From Auanema rhodensis (Eukaryota; Animalia; Nematoda): a stretch of 64,000 nucleotides of DNA. The stretch's first letter is position 1. Each line of letters opens with the position of its first letter. The stretch is taken from contig OZ059895.1 in NCBI GenBank assembly GCA_964057225.1, forward strand, positions 8,370,001 through 8,434,000, written 5' to 3'. The notes under the pieces are model-generated. The model searched no databases. It saw nothing but the letters and a program-made list of their open reading frames with translations, and was not told where the DNA came from. This document shows, piece after piece, positions 41,001-54,343 of this stretch. The translations under genes and the position numbers were made by a program.

Positions 41001-43096
41001 AATAATTCCTCGAGCTTATATTACAGTTTTTGTACAAGCAAACCTGTTGATATTTATGTTGTCTTGCTTTTTCCAACTTTCTATCAAGCTCATTAATAAT
41101 TTTTTTATTTCTAAATTTAAGAAAATATTATCTTTAAATTAAAAAAATTTACTTATTCTTTTCCAATCTACTTAGCATCTGTCTCATTTCATCGAAAGCT
41201 TCTATAGTAAGCGAAGCGCAAGCTCCTGGATCTTGATGTCCTCGCTTTCCGATAAGGTTAATTGTATCAGATACCATATTATATACCTGTTATTATAGAA
41301 TAAATAGCTAATATTATGATTAATACCTTATGAATGGCATTGCAATGTTCCATACGATGCTCAACATCTTCCCACAAACAGTTAAACTTAGCTACTGGTT
41401 TATGATTGCCCCAGGGCATGTAATAGTACTTGAGCTCATCAGTAACTGGCATAGTCTATATTAATAATCGTTGACATAGGTGATCGAAAACAAATGATTT
41501 ACTCCAACGGTACAGCTGTTTGTTTTCATTTTTGCATCACTTTCACTTCCATAATTACCCATAGATACATGAAAGGATACCTTTGAAGATCCATACAAAG
41601 GGTTGATTATATTACATGTATGAAATGCACAATAGACGGTATATGGTCGACAATTCTAAATAATTATCAGCGTTTTACATTAATTTCGGACAAACCTGGA
41701 ATTTATCATCATAATAAATGCTTGGATTCATTAAATCGCCTAAAAGAGCCGATCTTCCCTCATAATCTACAGTATCAATTGAGCACATCATACGACATGT
41801 ATAACTAGACAAACAACTGTTTAAATAATAATGAATATATTTGTGTACCGGCTATTATCCACTCCTGAAAGTACTACATCTGACGATGTACTGCAAGCAT
41901 TGAAATTTAAAAAGCTAGGCCCAAAAAGTGGCATAAATCCATTTTCACCAACTCGATAAATTTCTTGAAACGGTATTGTTGCCTAAATGAAATTGAGATA
42001 GAAGAGCTGCCAGTTACATACTTCAGCAAATTTGACAAATTGTTGAGATGAAATCACATTAAATACAAATGATATCTATAATATAATATATAATAAAAAA
42101 GAAATATTATTTTTTTGTACTTTAGATAAAACAGTTGGCCATGTGAAGGGTATGAAAAGTTCTTGATTAAACACTATTTTTTGATTGCTAGAAGGACCAG
42201 ATAGTATAATGTCAATGCTACTAGTAGTCATCGAACGTTCTCCACATGTGATCTAAAATATACTATTTGATTCATAAAATATCATTGAATCAACTTTGAT
42301 CATTCCTTTGTGACATTGCTTTCGTGTTGCGAACAGAGACAAAAGCTCTTGTGGGAACTGTTGCAAACAGAGAATACGAAACTATAATGTAGAATGGATT
42401 TATATCAGTTGATGGACTCTCACTCTCAAACAATAATTTTCTTGTTGAGATGTGAACCAAATTTCTTGAGAACTTAGGTCATCGTTAATAGTAGGACTTT
42501 CATAATTATTATAAATAAATATTGAGACCTATTAATATATTATTTTATATATTATTTTATAATAATAAACGACTGCACTTTTAAAAATCCACAATGATCT
42601 CCTTCTTCGTCATTCTCTAAGTAACGCAAACCAATCCATTTTGAAATCACGGAACGATTTTTAGAAGTAATGACAGCCAATATAGGAACTTTCCAACGTC
42701 CTATTGCTTTTTCGCTTAAACGACTCAAACGGGTAACCTAATGTTATTAAATAAAATCGATGTATTGAATGTTAAAATACTTTTAATTGGACAGGAATAT
42801 CAGAAAGTTGTTCCAAGCTTATGTTTCGCAATGTGAAAACTAAATTCTGCTTCCACACAGGGTTACCTTCAGAGCAAATACGAGTAGGTTTCTGTTGATC
42901 TTGTAACGATGCTCGGACACGAAGTCTACCTCTTGGCAAATCACGTCCTTCGATAATTCGTACAATAATCTGAAAGTTTTTTGAAGAAAATATTTTGTCA
43001 ATTTCTTACATGCCATGTTGATGGTTCTTCCATTTTAACCTTAGATAGTTTATGTTCATAGTGTTCGATTGGCGAATCTGGATTCCCACTATTCAT
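35037..43096 (-). CDS. fer-1: Ferlin (multi-C2-domain, DysF, C-terminal TM anchor), fer-1-like
   Basis: C2 motifs (RIIEGRDL, NPVWKQ, RVYIIE...DPYL, TNPIFG), YMPWGNHKP, DysF GWVYSS...RRRR, DVENRLLTKWRATVGLP, EFNWRF, GWWP, PVGKNRKEPN and a terminal hydrophobic helix. The start exon is less certain. Confidence 0.88.
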
Positions 43097-43329
43097 TGTT
43101 CTTTATTCCTCTTCAAGATTTTTTGGGAATATTATTATAATACACTGGACTTACTTGGAATATACTTTTGAAACTGAAATTCAACCGCTTCCCCACTAAA
43201 ATTAAAAAAAATAAAAACAGTCCGTTTAACGTATGCTAATGATACACGTTTTTAGTAATATTCGAATCCCTACAAATCCAGAAACAAAACAGCAATGAAA
43301 AAAAATTTATTCAAATTCATTCGACAATG

Positions 43330-43762
43330 TTATTCTGCCTTCACTGGGAGAATGACTTCTCCAGCTTGCGCTCCAGCCATGAATGGCGCTTTAGCATTAG
43401 TTTCTTCTGACGGAACCTTAGACATTGTTTTATATAAATTTGAAATAGTATATATTTTACTTCAGCCCATTGGATCACAAACTTGTCTTCTTTGGCCGGA
43501 CCATTCTCACGCAGAATTTCTAATGGAAGTTTGCCCTTTGGTTCTACAAATCCATATACTGGCCGAACACGATAGCAATCATTATTAGAGCATTTTACCT
43601 TCAGAATATGTTGACAATTTTCTACAGAGATATAACAAATACCTTGAATGCCATGCGATTATCCGTTAGGTTAACAATAGTATGAGTTGCTCCACCACCA
43701 GTTGCTTGAAATTTACCAACGGGGGGTTCAACATTTAAAACCATTTCCTCTGATCTAGACAT
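43330..43762 (-). CDS. MSP-domain (sperm-specific ssp-like) protein
   Basis: MVLNVEPPVGKFQATGGGATHTIVN...RMAFK|VKCSNNDCYRVRPVYGFVEP...GPAKEDKFVIQWAE|VPSEETNAKAPF...VKAE*, the pattern of the nematode ssp/MSP-domain family. Confidence 0.9.
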
Positions 43763-44153
43763 GATCAACCACCTCTCGATCGGATAAATGAACGAATGAA
43801 GTTTAATTTTTTCTTTGAAAAATTCACGTGAAACGTAAGAAACCATTTTTATATTTCTTAGAGCCGGTCGACTACATACGGCAATGATCACTTGAACTTT
43901 TGAAATTGCTTGAACGACTATAAATATGGAATATTTTTTATTATTATTAGACATGAAATACTGACAATAACACAAAAGCTCGACTAGTATGCATTACATA
44001 AAACCTGTTTTGTTCGGAATAACCCAGGGAAGCTTGTATATTCATACTATTTTACACTAGAAACATATAAAGGGCAAGACTTAGAAATAAAATAGCTGGA
44101 CTAGTGATAAATGGACGAGATCGTAAAAAAACAATACAAAATAATTGGAAACA

Positions 44154-47100
44154 TCATGTCCAATCATCTGTCCTCCATATTGCTATACTATATACATCGG
44201 AAAGTGCTCGTTCAGCCACGAATCTATGAGAAAGACTTCTGAAAGAAAGTTTTCACTTTTACAGTTTAAATTTCACTAACCTAAAGCCTTTACCAACAGT
44301 TGCAACCAGCGCATTGGTGCTTGTTGAGCAAACGGGCGAGGTGATTTTAAGTCGCTCGATTGTTTCACTAACTCTTTCACGCACCCATCCCAAACTTCCA
44401 TCAGATGATGCTGTAGACATACTTCCTTTGCCTTTTCCAGGAGAGTCATCATCTCGAGGACCTTCTACAACACATATAGAGCATATCTCACTAGAAAAAG
44501 GTCTGCATGCACTAATCGGTTGCAGCTAAAAAAGAAAGAATAATAAGTTTCTTAAATTAGAGTTTACCATTGTTGCTTGGACAACAATCATAAGTCCTTT
44601 ACTAGTACCAATATATAACTGGAGTCCTTCATTCCTCTCCAGAAGTGACATACATGTTACATAGTTACAAGAAGCAACATCCATATCCATAGTAAAAATA
44701 GTTTCACTACCAGGAACCACTTTTTTCACATCCAACGAAGCATTAACTTGTCGTCTTTCAACGTCCAAGCAGTAAATGCGGGAATCTAGAATAATCTCAG
44801 TTAACTAACAAAATGTCGTAGAAATTATTGACCATTTACAAAGCTGATCCAAACATATAAACCATCGCGACTGGCAACCATTTCTTTGATAGTCACATCT
44901 GTTTCTCTCAAATACAAAGATGAGGAGAAAGAAAACACATCATCGTTCGAAAGGTTATGAATCGTTATTCGCCCTTCACCATGTCCTGTCCAAATTTGCC
45001 TAAACCATCTAGTAAAAATCAAACTTGGTTTTTTCTTCATACCTATAAGAGGAAGATGCAACAAATATTGAAGAGGTTATGGCAATCGGAGATCTCATCG
45101 TCCCTTTAAGAGTAACGGAATTAGAAGGCGAGAGATGTAAGAGTGTGATCTCATGCTGGCAAACCAATAAAAGAATGTCATTTCCAAGAAGTTCGGGCGG
45201 TTTTATCTATAACTTATATTATAATACATGCAATCTCGTCTTGAAATACCATAGCTGATCCCAAAGAAGGAAGCTGCAATCTCCCAGCTTCATGTGTGGA
45301 AGAGGTGTACATGACTACATCACTTGTATTTTCCTCACAAGCCCAAATGGTTTCACGAATTTTAGATAAGAAATTGAATTTTTCTTTTTGCTTTATTTCC
45401 TAGAATACGATTGACATAGCAGCTGAAGAGAACTAACGGGTTACCTTTTGATCAACCCAAGCGTATTGTGTACACGACATTACCGTTACATGTTTTCCGT
45501 TAAGCCACAGTTGAGCTTCAAAGTCTTCAGGATCGTCAAGGTCATCCATCAAAGGAACAGCCAATAAACTAATGGGAGCAGAATCTTAAGCAAACACACA
45601 TTAACATGTCTTTTAATTTAGTGTATTATTCACCATCTAGTTCACAAATGTCTAGTATATGACTGAACTCGGGAGCTGAACAAAAACCAACAACCTGAGA
45701 AGAAGAAGGTCGTGATTCAGGTTGAGCATCCCAGCAGTGCACAAGGAGATCTAACATTGAGCAAGGAACTAATAACTCATGTGGTAAAAGCACAGGACGA
45801 GCACCATCCAACAAACGTTCTTTAACATGCTCTTCTCCCTCGAAAGGTTGTTTCAGGGTGAGAAGTTCATAGAGGAACATACTAAAGGAAAACACATCAA
45901 CCTAAAAATTTAGAAAGAATAACAGAAAAAAAGTAGTAAGCAATACTTTTTGTGTGTATTCTTCTTCGCCATTAAATCTAACGATTTCGGGGGCCATAAA
46001 TCCTTCGGTACCACCAAAGCCTTTAGCACCGCCTGAGGGGAGAACTGATCTTGATATACCTGCAGAAGTATTATTGTAAATAACAACATATTTTTAACCA
46101 GTTACCGTAATCTCCAAGTTTTAATAACACATCTGTCTGATTGCTAAAAGGGGTAGGAAAGCGCCAGCCAAGTACATTTTCACTTTTTAAATCTCTATAT
46201 ATTATGTGGGCAAGGTGGAGATATTCCAATGCTCGAGCCACTTGCACAGCTGATTCACGTATAACGGGCAAAGATAGTTTAGCTCCACTTTTACGATGGC
46301 TTGATAATAACTGATTCAAAGCTCCCAAAGGAGCTAACTCAACAACTAAAGATAAGGGAGATACGCACACCTGGAAAATATGTTCTAATAATGATCCTGA
46401 CAATTATAAAATAAATACCCCTATTAATCCGATAACATTTGGATGTCGCATTCGACACAATAAATTTAATTCTTGTCTAGAGGTACAGTAAGCTCGACAA
46501 GCAAACTCCAGGGCTTCACGTCTCCATTTATCAGCAGCTGCCTGAACAATAACGAATAAAGATGAACAAGTAATCAGTATACCTTGTAAGCTGTGATAGC
46601 TGAAGGCTTACCGCTCGGACCGGGGTCAACTGGTTCTAACATTTTTTGAGCAACTTCATTCAGTTCTCCAGACTAGAAAGAAAAATATCATAATGAATAT
46701 ACGGATGGTATTTGTACTGGTAATTTAATAGCTGCTCGGAAAACGAAACCGAAAGCACCTCTTCCAAGCATTCGGCCTCTCTTCAAAAGTTGTTGATTGA
46801 TTAGTAGAGATGACTCAATATCGACAAACACCTTAAATAAAACTTCAGAAGCATAGTTTATCTAGTTAAAACCGTATCAGGTGCGATATCTCTATTTTTA
46901 ATTTCTCCATGTGACGGGCATTCCAAAGACTTTTGTTCCCTGCCTGCTAACATGCACTCCTCAATAGTAAAACATTTTACTACTCCAATATGCTTCATAT
47001 CCCCAGATGTTTTTGATGGCCTCATATGACTAAATACACAAGTGTTAACAAAAAAAGGTAAAATTTCGTACCTGTCGTCACGCTTAACAATGACCACATC

Positions 47101-50100
47101 ATTATCATCGTGCGATCTCTTAGTGGGATAGTTATGCTCTTCCACACATTTATAACAAGGCACTAGTCGATTAACAAGTAGGACTCCTTCACTTGAGTGA
47201 ACAAAACGAGTTCCTAATGCAGGATACCTTGAAAATAAAAAGAATATAGTATTTAACCATTTTTAGATTGTTATTACCAGTCTTCAAGAAGTGTATCAAC
47301 AAGATCAGCAATTAGAGCGCACAACATCGTCCGACCTTCTACATCAGAACGCATCGAAGCCTTGCTACCTCCTTGAATTGATGATATTCTGAAGAACACA
47401 ATGAGACTTGTTGAATATGGAATAACTAACGTGAGTGAAGGGAAAAGCATTTCAATAGTAGTCCAATCGCTCAGCGGGAATGGACACCAGCGTTTTTGAT
47501 CGTCTCTTACTTGAATTATCAACGAAGAATAGTCAACATCACGTACCTCGGCCTCAAATAATCATTTTTTTCTGATGATTGACATAAAGTTAATTAATAC
47601 CTGAGAAAAAAATTGTTTCAAAACAAATACGGAGTGTCCTTTAATTAAAAGCTCAATACCACTTTTCCATATGAGCCACTCAACTTTGATATGTTTTTTT
47701 ACAGAATCTTGTATTAGTTCTTCTTCGGTGCTACTATCAGTGAAAAACAGAAGTTCTATTGCCCTTGAAACATTCTGATCTCCCATTATTCTAAAAGCAA
47801 AGTGAAGGCAAACAAAAAATGATTTTATACCTAGTGATGAGTCGGCTCCAGAATCCAGCTGGAATGTATGCCATAACATACAATCGACGAAGCTGATGTT
47901 TTTTCTCATAGCAGAAATTGAACATCGCCCCAGAATTACACGTTTGATCTGAGCTGTTTTCTCTTTCCATTAGAGGTTTTGGGGAATTAAAAGTATGTTT
48001 TGCGGATGAAGGGTATCGAATTTGCCAAGAATTCATCTTTGCGGGGAGCTGAATCAAATTATTTACTAAGTACAACTGAAAAAGTAATACCTTAACACTA
48101 GACCCACTGTAATCAGAACGCAGTCTATATTCATCAGGTAACAAGGAAGGCAATATCAGTTGTCTGGAGTGACAGACCAGAGCCAACTCAAATTTATGAA
48201 GCAAATCGAGCAGTGATGATCTCAAATGAGATTTTAACTGTTTACCCATAGGAAGCAGAGTTTCTTGGGTTATTAAGCCAACTGGTAAATTCGAAGTTCT
48301 TCAAATAAATTCTTAGATTTAAACTGAGTGAAGGCAAACCTGAGAGAAGCACATCGCGCCAAGAAATCAGCTAACCATAAGGGGTCAATAAAAACTATTT
48401 GCCGAAGAGCAGCATCTTCAAAGTGAATAATTTCACCACTGTCATGCAGAAAAGAACATGCAGCATGAAACTCGATATCATCTCTAAAAATATATACATA
48501 TTAAAAATGTTACCACATTCCCATATATCTATATATATTTAAATCAAGTAAAAAAATTACCGGAAAAATCTTCCAAATTTAATAGTCATCCGTTTTTTAA
48601 CATGTTCTTTAAAATCTTCAATGGAAAAACATGAAGTTGTTTGATCCTTCCTGCAATCTGCATTCCATTCTCTAACAATCTTGAAAATAAAGATGAATTA
48701 ACAATGTTGATAATGAACACTGACTTTCAACATAGCAATATATGACGATGGAATTTGCTGATCTAATGCTCTTTCTTTTCCAACCCTAACTTCCCAGGCA
48801 GACTTATAAATAACATTCAACAAGGTCTAAAATATAGTAGCTAAAGTTATAATATAATAACAATTAATAAGCCACTTTAATCTCTTGCTTATGCTTTGTG
48901 TTTATAAATAACAGATCCATTATTTTAGGTAGACCACGTTTATCCGAATCAGAAACCATAAACCGACGTCTCACCTATAAAGCAAAAATGAAATCTGCCA
49001 AAATCGAGTAAAAACCTTTAATTCAACATCTTCTAAGAACCCTGGTGGAAACCTATTAGGATTCGCCGCAACTTGATCAACATGTGTACCAACAAGAATA
49101 ACGCAACAATTCGGCGCTCTTGCCTAAATAAAATCCATCATATAACCAACAAGTGATATATACAACCTGAATACTAACAAGCCACTTTTGCACATCAGGA
49201 AAAACTGTTTCACCATCGGGGACCCTCCAAACTACTAGGTATACAGCTCTGCGAGTAAGGAAGTACGGATGTGTGGCAAAATATTCTCTCTATAGCATAT
49301 ACAACTATATATTTCAATGTTTTATAATCTTTACCTGTCCAGTAAAATCTAAAGCTGCAAACCCTACAGGACCCAAATTGGGTTCATTTTTATTTCGCTT
49401 TGCTTCAAATTTCCACTCAACAAACTTCACACTTTCCGTCTAAAATATCATTCAATACCTTTTGTACTATATATGCTACCTGAGATATTTGACGTTTCTG
49501 CACACCTTCAGATCTGAAAGCTTCCCAGAGAGTCGACTTTCCCACACCTTCCTCTCCAAGTATCATTAATTTAAGGTGGCGGAACGTTTTCGATTCTTCC
49601 AATATGGTTTTCAAATAAGCAACAATCTCAACAGTTTTACAGTTATCTGTGTTAACCATGGAGTCCAAAGGTTCTTTCAAGTTGCAACCTTTAAGGGATA
49701 AAGACCACAACCTATAAAACTATTATAGAATTTATATATCATTAAACCAAACCGAGAAAGCATTCCTAGTTCAGGAGGTAATTCTTTTATATCCTTATTA
49801 TGACTCAAGTTTAACACAGAAAGAGTTGAAAGTTTCGAAAACTCTGATGCTATATTTTTCAAAATATTATGACTTAATTCAATCACGGAAACCAGTGGTA
49901 GTAGAACCTAGTAGAAACAAAAATTAAGATAATGAATCCAACAAACATACTTTCCCATTTGAAGTAACATTGAATGCCGTCAATTTATTTTTATTCAGAT
50001 TCAAGACCTTCAACCTTATCAGGCAATCATGTCTTTTATGAACACATGCATCTTCTAAATTGCCATCAGCTTGTTGGTTGCGTGATACAGACAAAGCTCG

Positions 50101-53100
50101 TTGACTTCGAACTGCTGACTTCGAACGAGAACCTTAAATAAGAAAATTAAAAGCTAAAAACAAAATGCTTCTATACGATGGTGCCGTTGTGGGCTGTTAC
50201 GTCGTACAAACCCTCCACCACTATTTTGAGAAGGTGGAACAGCATGACAAACATTATGCAGAGCAGTAATATGTTGAAAGCCATCCTGACAATATTAATA
50301 TTATAAGACCATGAACAAAATTTTGGTAATTACCTTTAAAAGATTATTTGAAACATCTAGATTTCTTAAATGAGCAGGAATACAAGATATAGGAGGCAAG
50401 ACAACAAGCTCATTTGCTGATAAGTTCAATGTTGTAAGACGCGGACATGTACACGCCAGACAAAGAGGAAAAACTTGAAACTAAAACAAAAATTAAACGT
50501 CTGCCAGGCTCTAGACAAACTTTATTTCCAGATAAATTTAAAGTGGTTAATGTATTAGAGGAAGTAACTGGAAAATCGGGAAATAAGTCATCATCATCCA
50601 CCTATAAACAATAATGGACAAGTCATAAACACTAATAATAACTAATTACCTTAGATAAATTTATTTTTTCTTGCCAAACATTGATACGTTGCAAAGTTTT
50701 ACATTCGACATTATCAGGCATATCCGATGTATCCACAGTGTTAGCTTCAAATATCAAGAACTTAAAATAAAACAATGATAATGTACGTACTGGATGCACT
50801 GTGCTGCATCATTCCATGTCCTCTACTATTGCCTCTGCCTCTTGAAGTTCCAACCATTGGCAACGAAGAAAGTTGGTTGAAGGAAACATTCAGCTCCTAT
50901 AATAAATAAAAAATAAAATGGGAATAAATATATGAACACTTACTTTCAACGAGGGACAAAGCCAAATGAATTCGGGAAGTGCGGTCAGCTTATTATATGA
51001 TACGTCCAAATTTGAAAGCTTAGGTAAAGCTAATAAGAGCTTAAAAGTAAAATATAGATAAAAATTAGTACAACAAATTACATTAGGCGATATGTTCTCA
51101 ATCACATTTGATTTAAGATTTAATACTTCTAAGGAGGTAGAACTAATATAATAAGTAGGTAGATCGATTTTCTTCAGTTTATTTTCAGATAAATTCAACA
51201 ATCTAAAATGATAATGACTCGGTTAGACAAAAATATAACAAATTTACCTCAAAGATGGCATTTGAAACAGCACTGAAGGAAAAATTGTCAAATTATTGCA
51301 TGATAAATCTACCCTAGTGACGGCGGCTAATGCTAATCTGAACACAAAGAATAACAATAAGCATACCATAACTTCACTAACCGAGTGGTCCTTAATCTAG
51401 GATTTATTTGTAACGCTGCAGCTATAAACCAATCAGTTTGAACATTTTCTAAGGAAGAAGAACCCCAATTCAACATGGCTGCTTTCGATGGACACAAAGC
51501 AGAAGGTAATAAGCTTTGTCCAAATTGTAACTATAACTAATTTTTGATAGGTGTTAACAATATAGAACTAACTTGGCCAACATCTACATTCCTTTTATTC
51601 ACTTTAAATTCCGGATCAGGAAAAACTAAACGAGTAAGAAAGACTCGAACAAGTTTTTCATTAACTTTCTGAACGGAGCAAATACAGATATTTGAAATTT
51701 GTATAAAGTGTTTACCGATGCAGCTAAGCCCAAAGCTCTATTATCAGTATCAACAGCTCCTTTATCTAGTAAATAATGAACAATATGAACAGCATCAGCT
51801 CTCGTAGCTTCTACTAAAGCTCCAGAACCTGCTTGAAATAATTAAAACGGAAACAAAAAAAAGTATTTACCAACACACCGAGCTTCTTCCACATTTAAGT
51901 CTGATTCAAGCACAGCAAGGGGAAGATTTATATCAGCTCCGTTATCAATAAGATGTCTGCAACGATTCAAGTAATATTTTCTAAGAAATTAAAATACTCA
52001 CGCCAGCATAGGAAAAGTTTGATTAAATGCAGCTATCATCAGAGGAGTTCTACCTCTATTACAATACACATCAATTTGAAAAGGACAACGAGAAGAACCG
52101 TCCACAAAAGTACAGTGAAACTGGGAGCATTAAATATTACTTAAAGTTATTGTTTATAACATACTTGTAGCATATACTGCACAACATCCAGGTGCCCTTT
52201 CGCAACTGCTAAGTAAAATGGCGTTCGGCATTCAATGTCTCCTTGATTTACATCCATCACAAATTTGTAAGATGGCATTGATACCATGTCTATTTCCTTT
52301 ATGTATTTCTCAGGATAATCAAACTCAAGAAGTCTTCAAAATTTTAAAATATTTTCATGAAGATAAGTATGGTGCGAACTCACTTTCTCACGATTTCGAG
52401 ATTGCCATTCTCGGCTGCCCAATGTAGACATGAGCAGTTATCACAGTTAGAATTTGCAACTAGAGCAGGAAATTTCTTAAGTTCAAAAATAGAAAAAAGA
52501 TATAATAGTTATAGCCATACTTCTAAAACAATATTTAAAACATCTAAATTCTGAGATGATATAGCCGCATGAATAACCGTATCTTTTGTTTGATGATTTA
52601 CTAGAACATGAGAAGAATGGAATGTTAACAACTTTTTTACAATTTCGATATGTCCATGAGTGCAGGATCTAAAAGTAGAAATATTTCTAATATTTTTATT
52701 TAAATCCTACACAAATAATGCTGTTTCATCATTAGCAGTTTTCCCATTTATTATGCATTCGCGAATTCTCTCTGATTTACCAGTTAAAATCTAAATTTTT
52801 CATAAAGTATAGAAACGAACAAAATATCACCTCATCTATTTCTTCAGAATTGCCTTCAATACAAGCAGTGATTAGTTTTCTATGATCCACTTCTCCTCGT
52901 TCATTTTCTGTTTCTAGAAATTTGAAGAACCTCAACATTACCAAGTCAAATAAACTAACGAATAGCTTCGATCAGTACAGTCGCTGCTTGCTCATGACCA
53001 GCTATTTGCGCAGCTTCTAGAGCACAATGTCCAGCATCATCTCGTAAATATAAATCAGAACCAGCATTTAATAATACTTTGATACACGAAGGCTTAAATT

Positions 53101-53520
53101 TGATACATATAGTACGCTTCTATAATAGAACTTGCCTCTCCAGCTTCAGCAGCCAAGTGCAGGGCAGTTTTCCCCACCCCGTTTGTAAATTCCAACGTTT
53201 CTATAATGTTTTTGATTTAAGAAAAAATATAGCTCAACTAATTCACCTGGCGATAATGTTAATAAAACTTGTAAACTATGAGATCTACCATTATGCGCAG
53301 CTAACATTAGGGGAGTACGACCATGACGATCAACTTTGAATACAGATTGAGGATTTTCTTTCAATAAATCATAGAGAAGTTCTTCATTTTCGAATAATAC
53401 TGCCTAACACAAAAAAAACACATAAAAATATAAATAAGTAGATCTAACCTGACGAATAAGCTGCATGGTATCAGAATTATCCACCTCTACTAAACCAGAA
53501 CTCCCACTAAGCGTGTCCAT
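44154..53520 (-). CDS. lrk-1: Leucine-rich repeat kinase (ANK-LRR-ROC-COR-kinase-WD)
   Basis: Ankyrin repeats (GRTPLMLAAHNG, GKTALHLAA), LRRs, ROC (GEEGVGKST, DFTGQREY), COR, kinase (GRGAFG, YRDLKSEN, DYG, GTEGFMAPE). Confidence 0.95.
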
Positions 53521-54343
53521 CTTGTTAAGCTTCCCTTAAAAATGAGTAAAATTTATTAGCCTGGAAATTAAATTTTTTTTTAATAATATAGCCATGAGCA
53601 GTAGATAGCAAATATAATACACTGAAAAATACAAACCTGCTGGAAAAATTAAGAAGCTTTTTAGCACAAAAACCGTCTACGCTCTTATTATCATAAAGAC
53701 TGCTGGAAAGTATTGAATCTTAATAGACCCATACTGGGCAAAGACAGTGTAACATGTAGAAAAGTCAATATCACTAGAGAGACCGCCTAAAAAACTCAAT
53801 TATATTTCAACTAAAATTTGTATATGTGATTCATATTATTATTAATTTCAACTAATGTTGACCATAAGTGGTATTAGCATGAATGCATCGATGAGCAACT
53901 CCTGGAGCTCGACGGCTTATTACGTACTGTAAATTACGTACACAGTGAGAAGGAAATATTTCAGTTTTCTTCTTAATTACAATGACTCTCTTGAAAACTC
54001 GATCTTGTCATATCATTATTAGTAAGCCCGGTTTTCTACTCGATTATCAATAGTTTAATCATCTGAGAATCTCCACAGCTGTGGAAATTTATGTTCAACT
54101 TTGCTTTTCTCTTTAATATCTGCGCATTTACAACTATAAAAATTTATTCACATTAAAAACTAAAGGTTGCTACAACCCAAAAATTAAAATACACATTTGT
54201 GTATTTACATGAATAAAAAAATCTTATTGAAATACATAGAAAAGTCTCTACGAATAGTTAAATTTTCTGCAAACTTTTAATGGTTTACTATAAAACCGTA
54301 TAAAACTAAAGCAACTAAAACATTTTTTCATGTTTTAAGCTGT

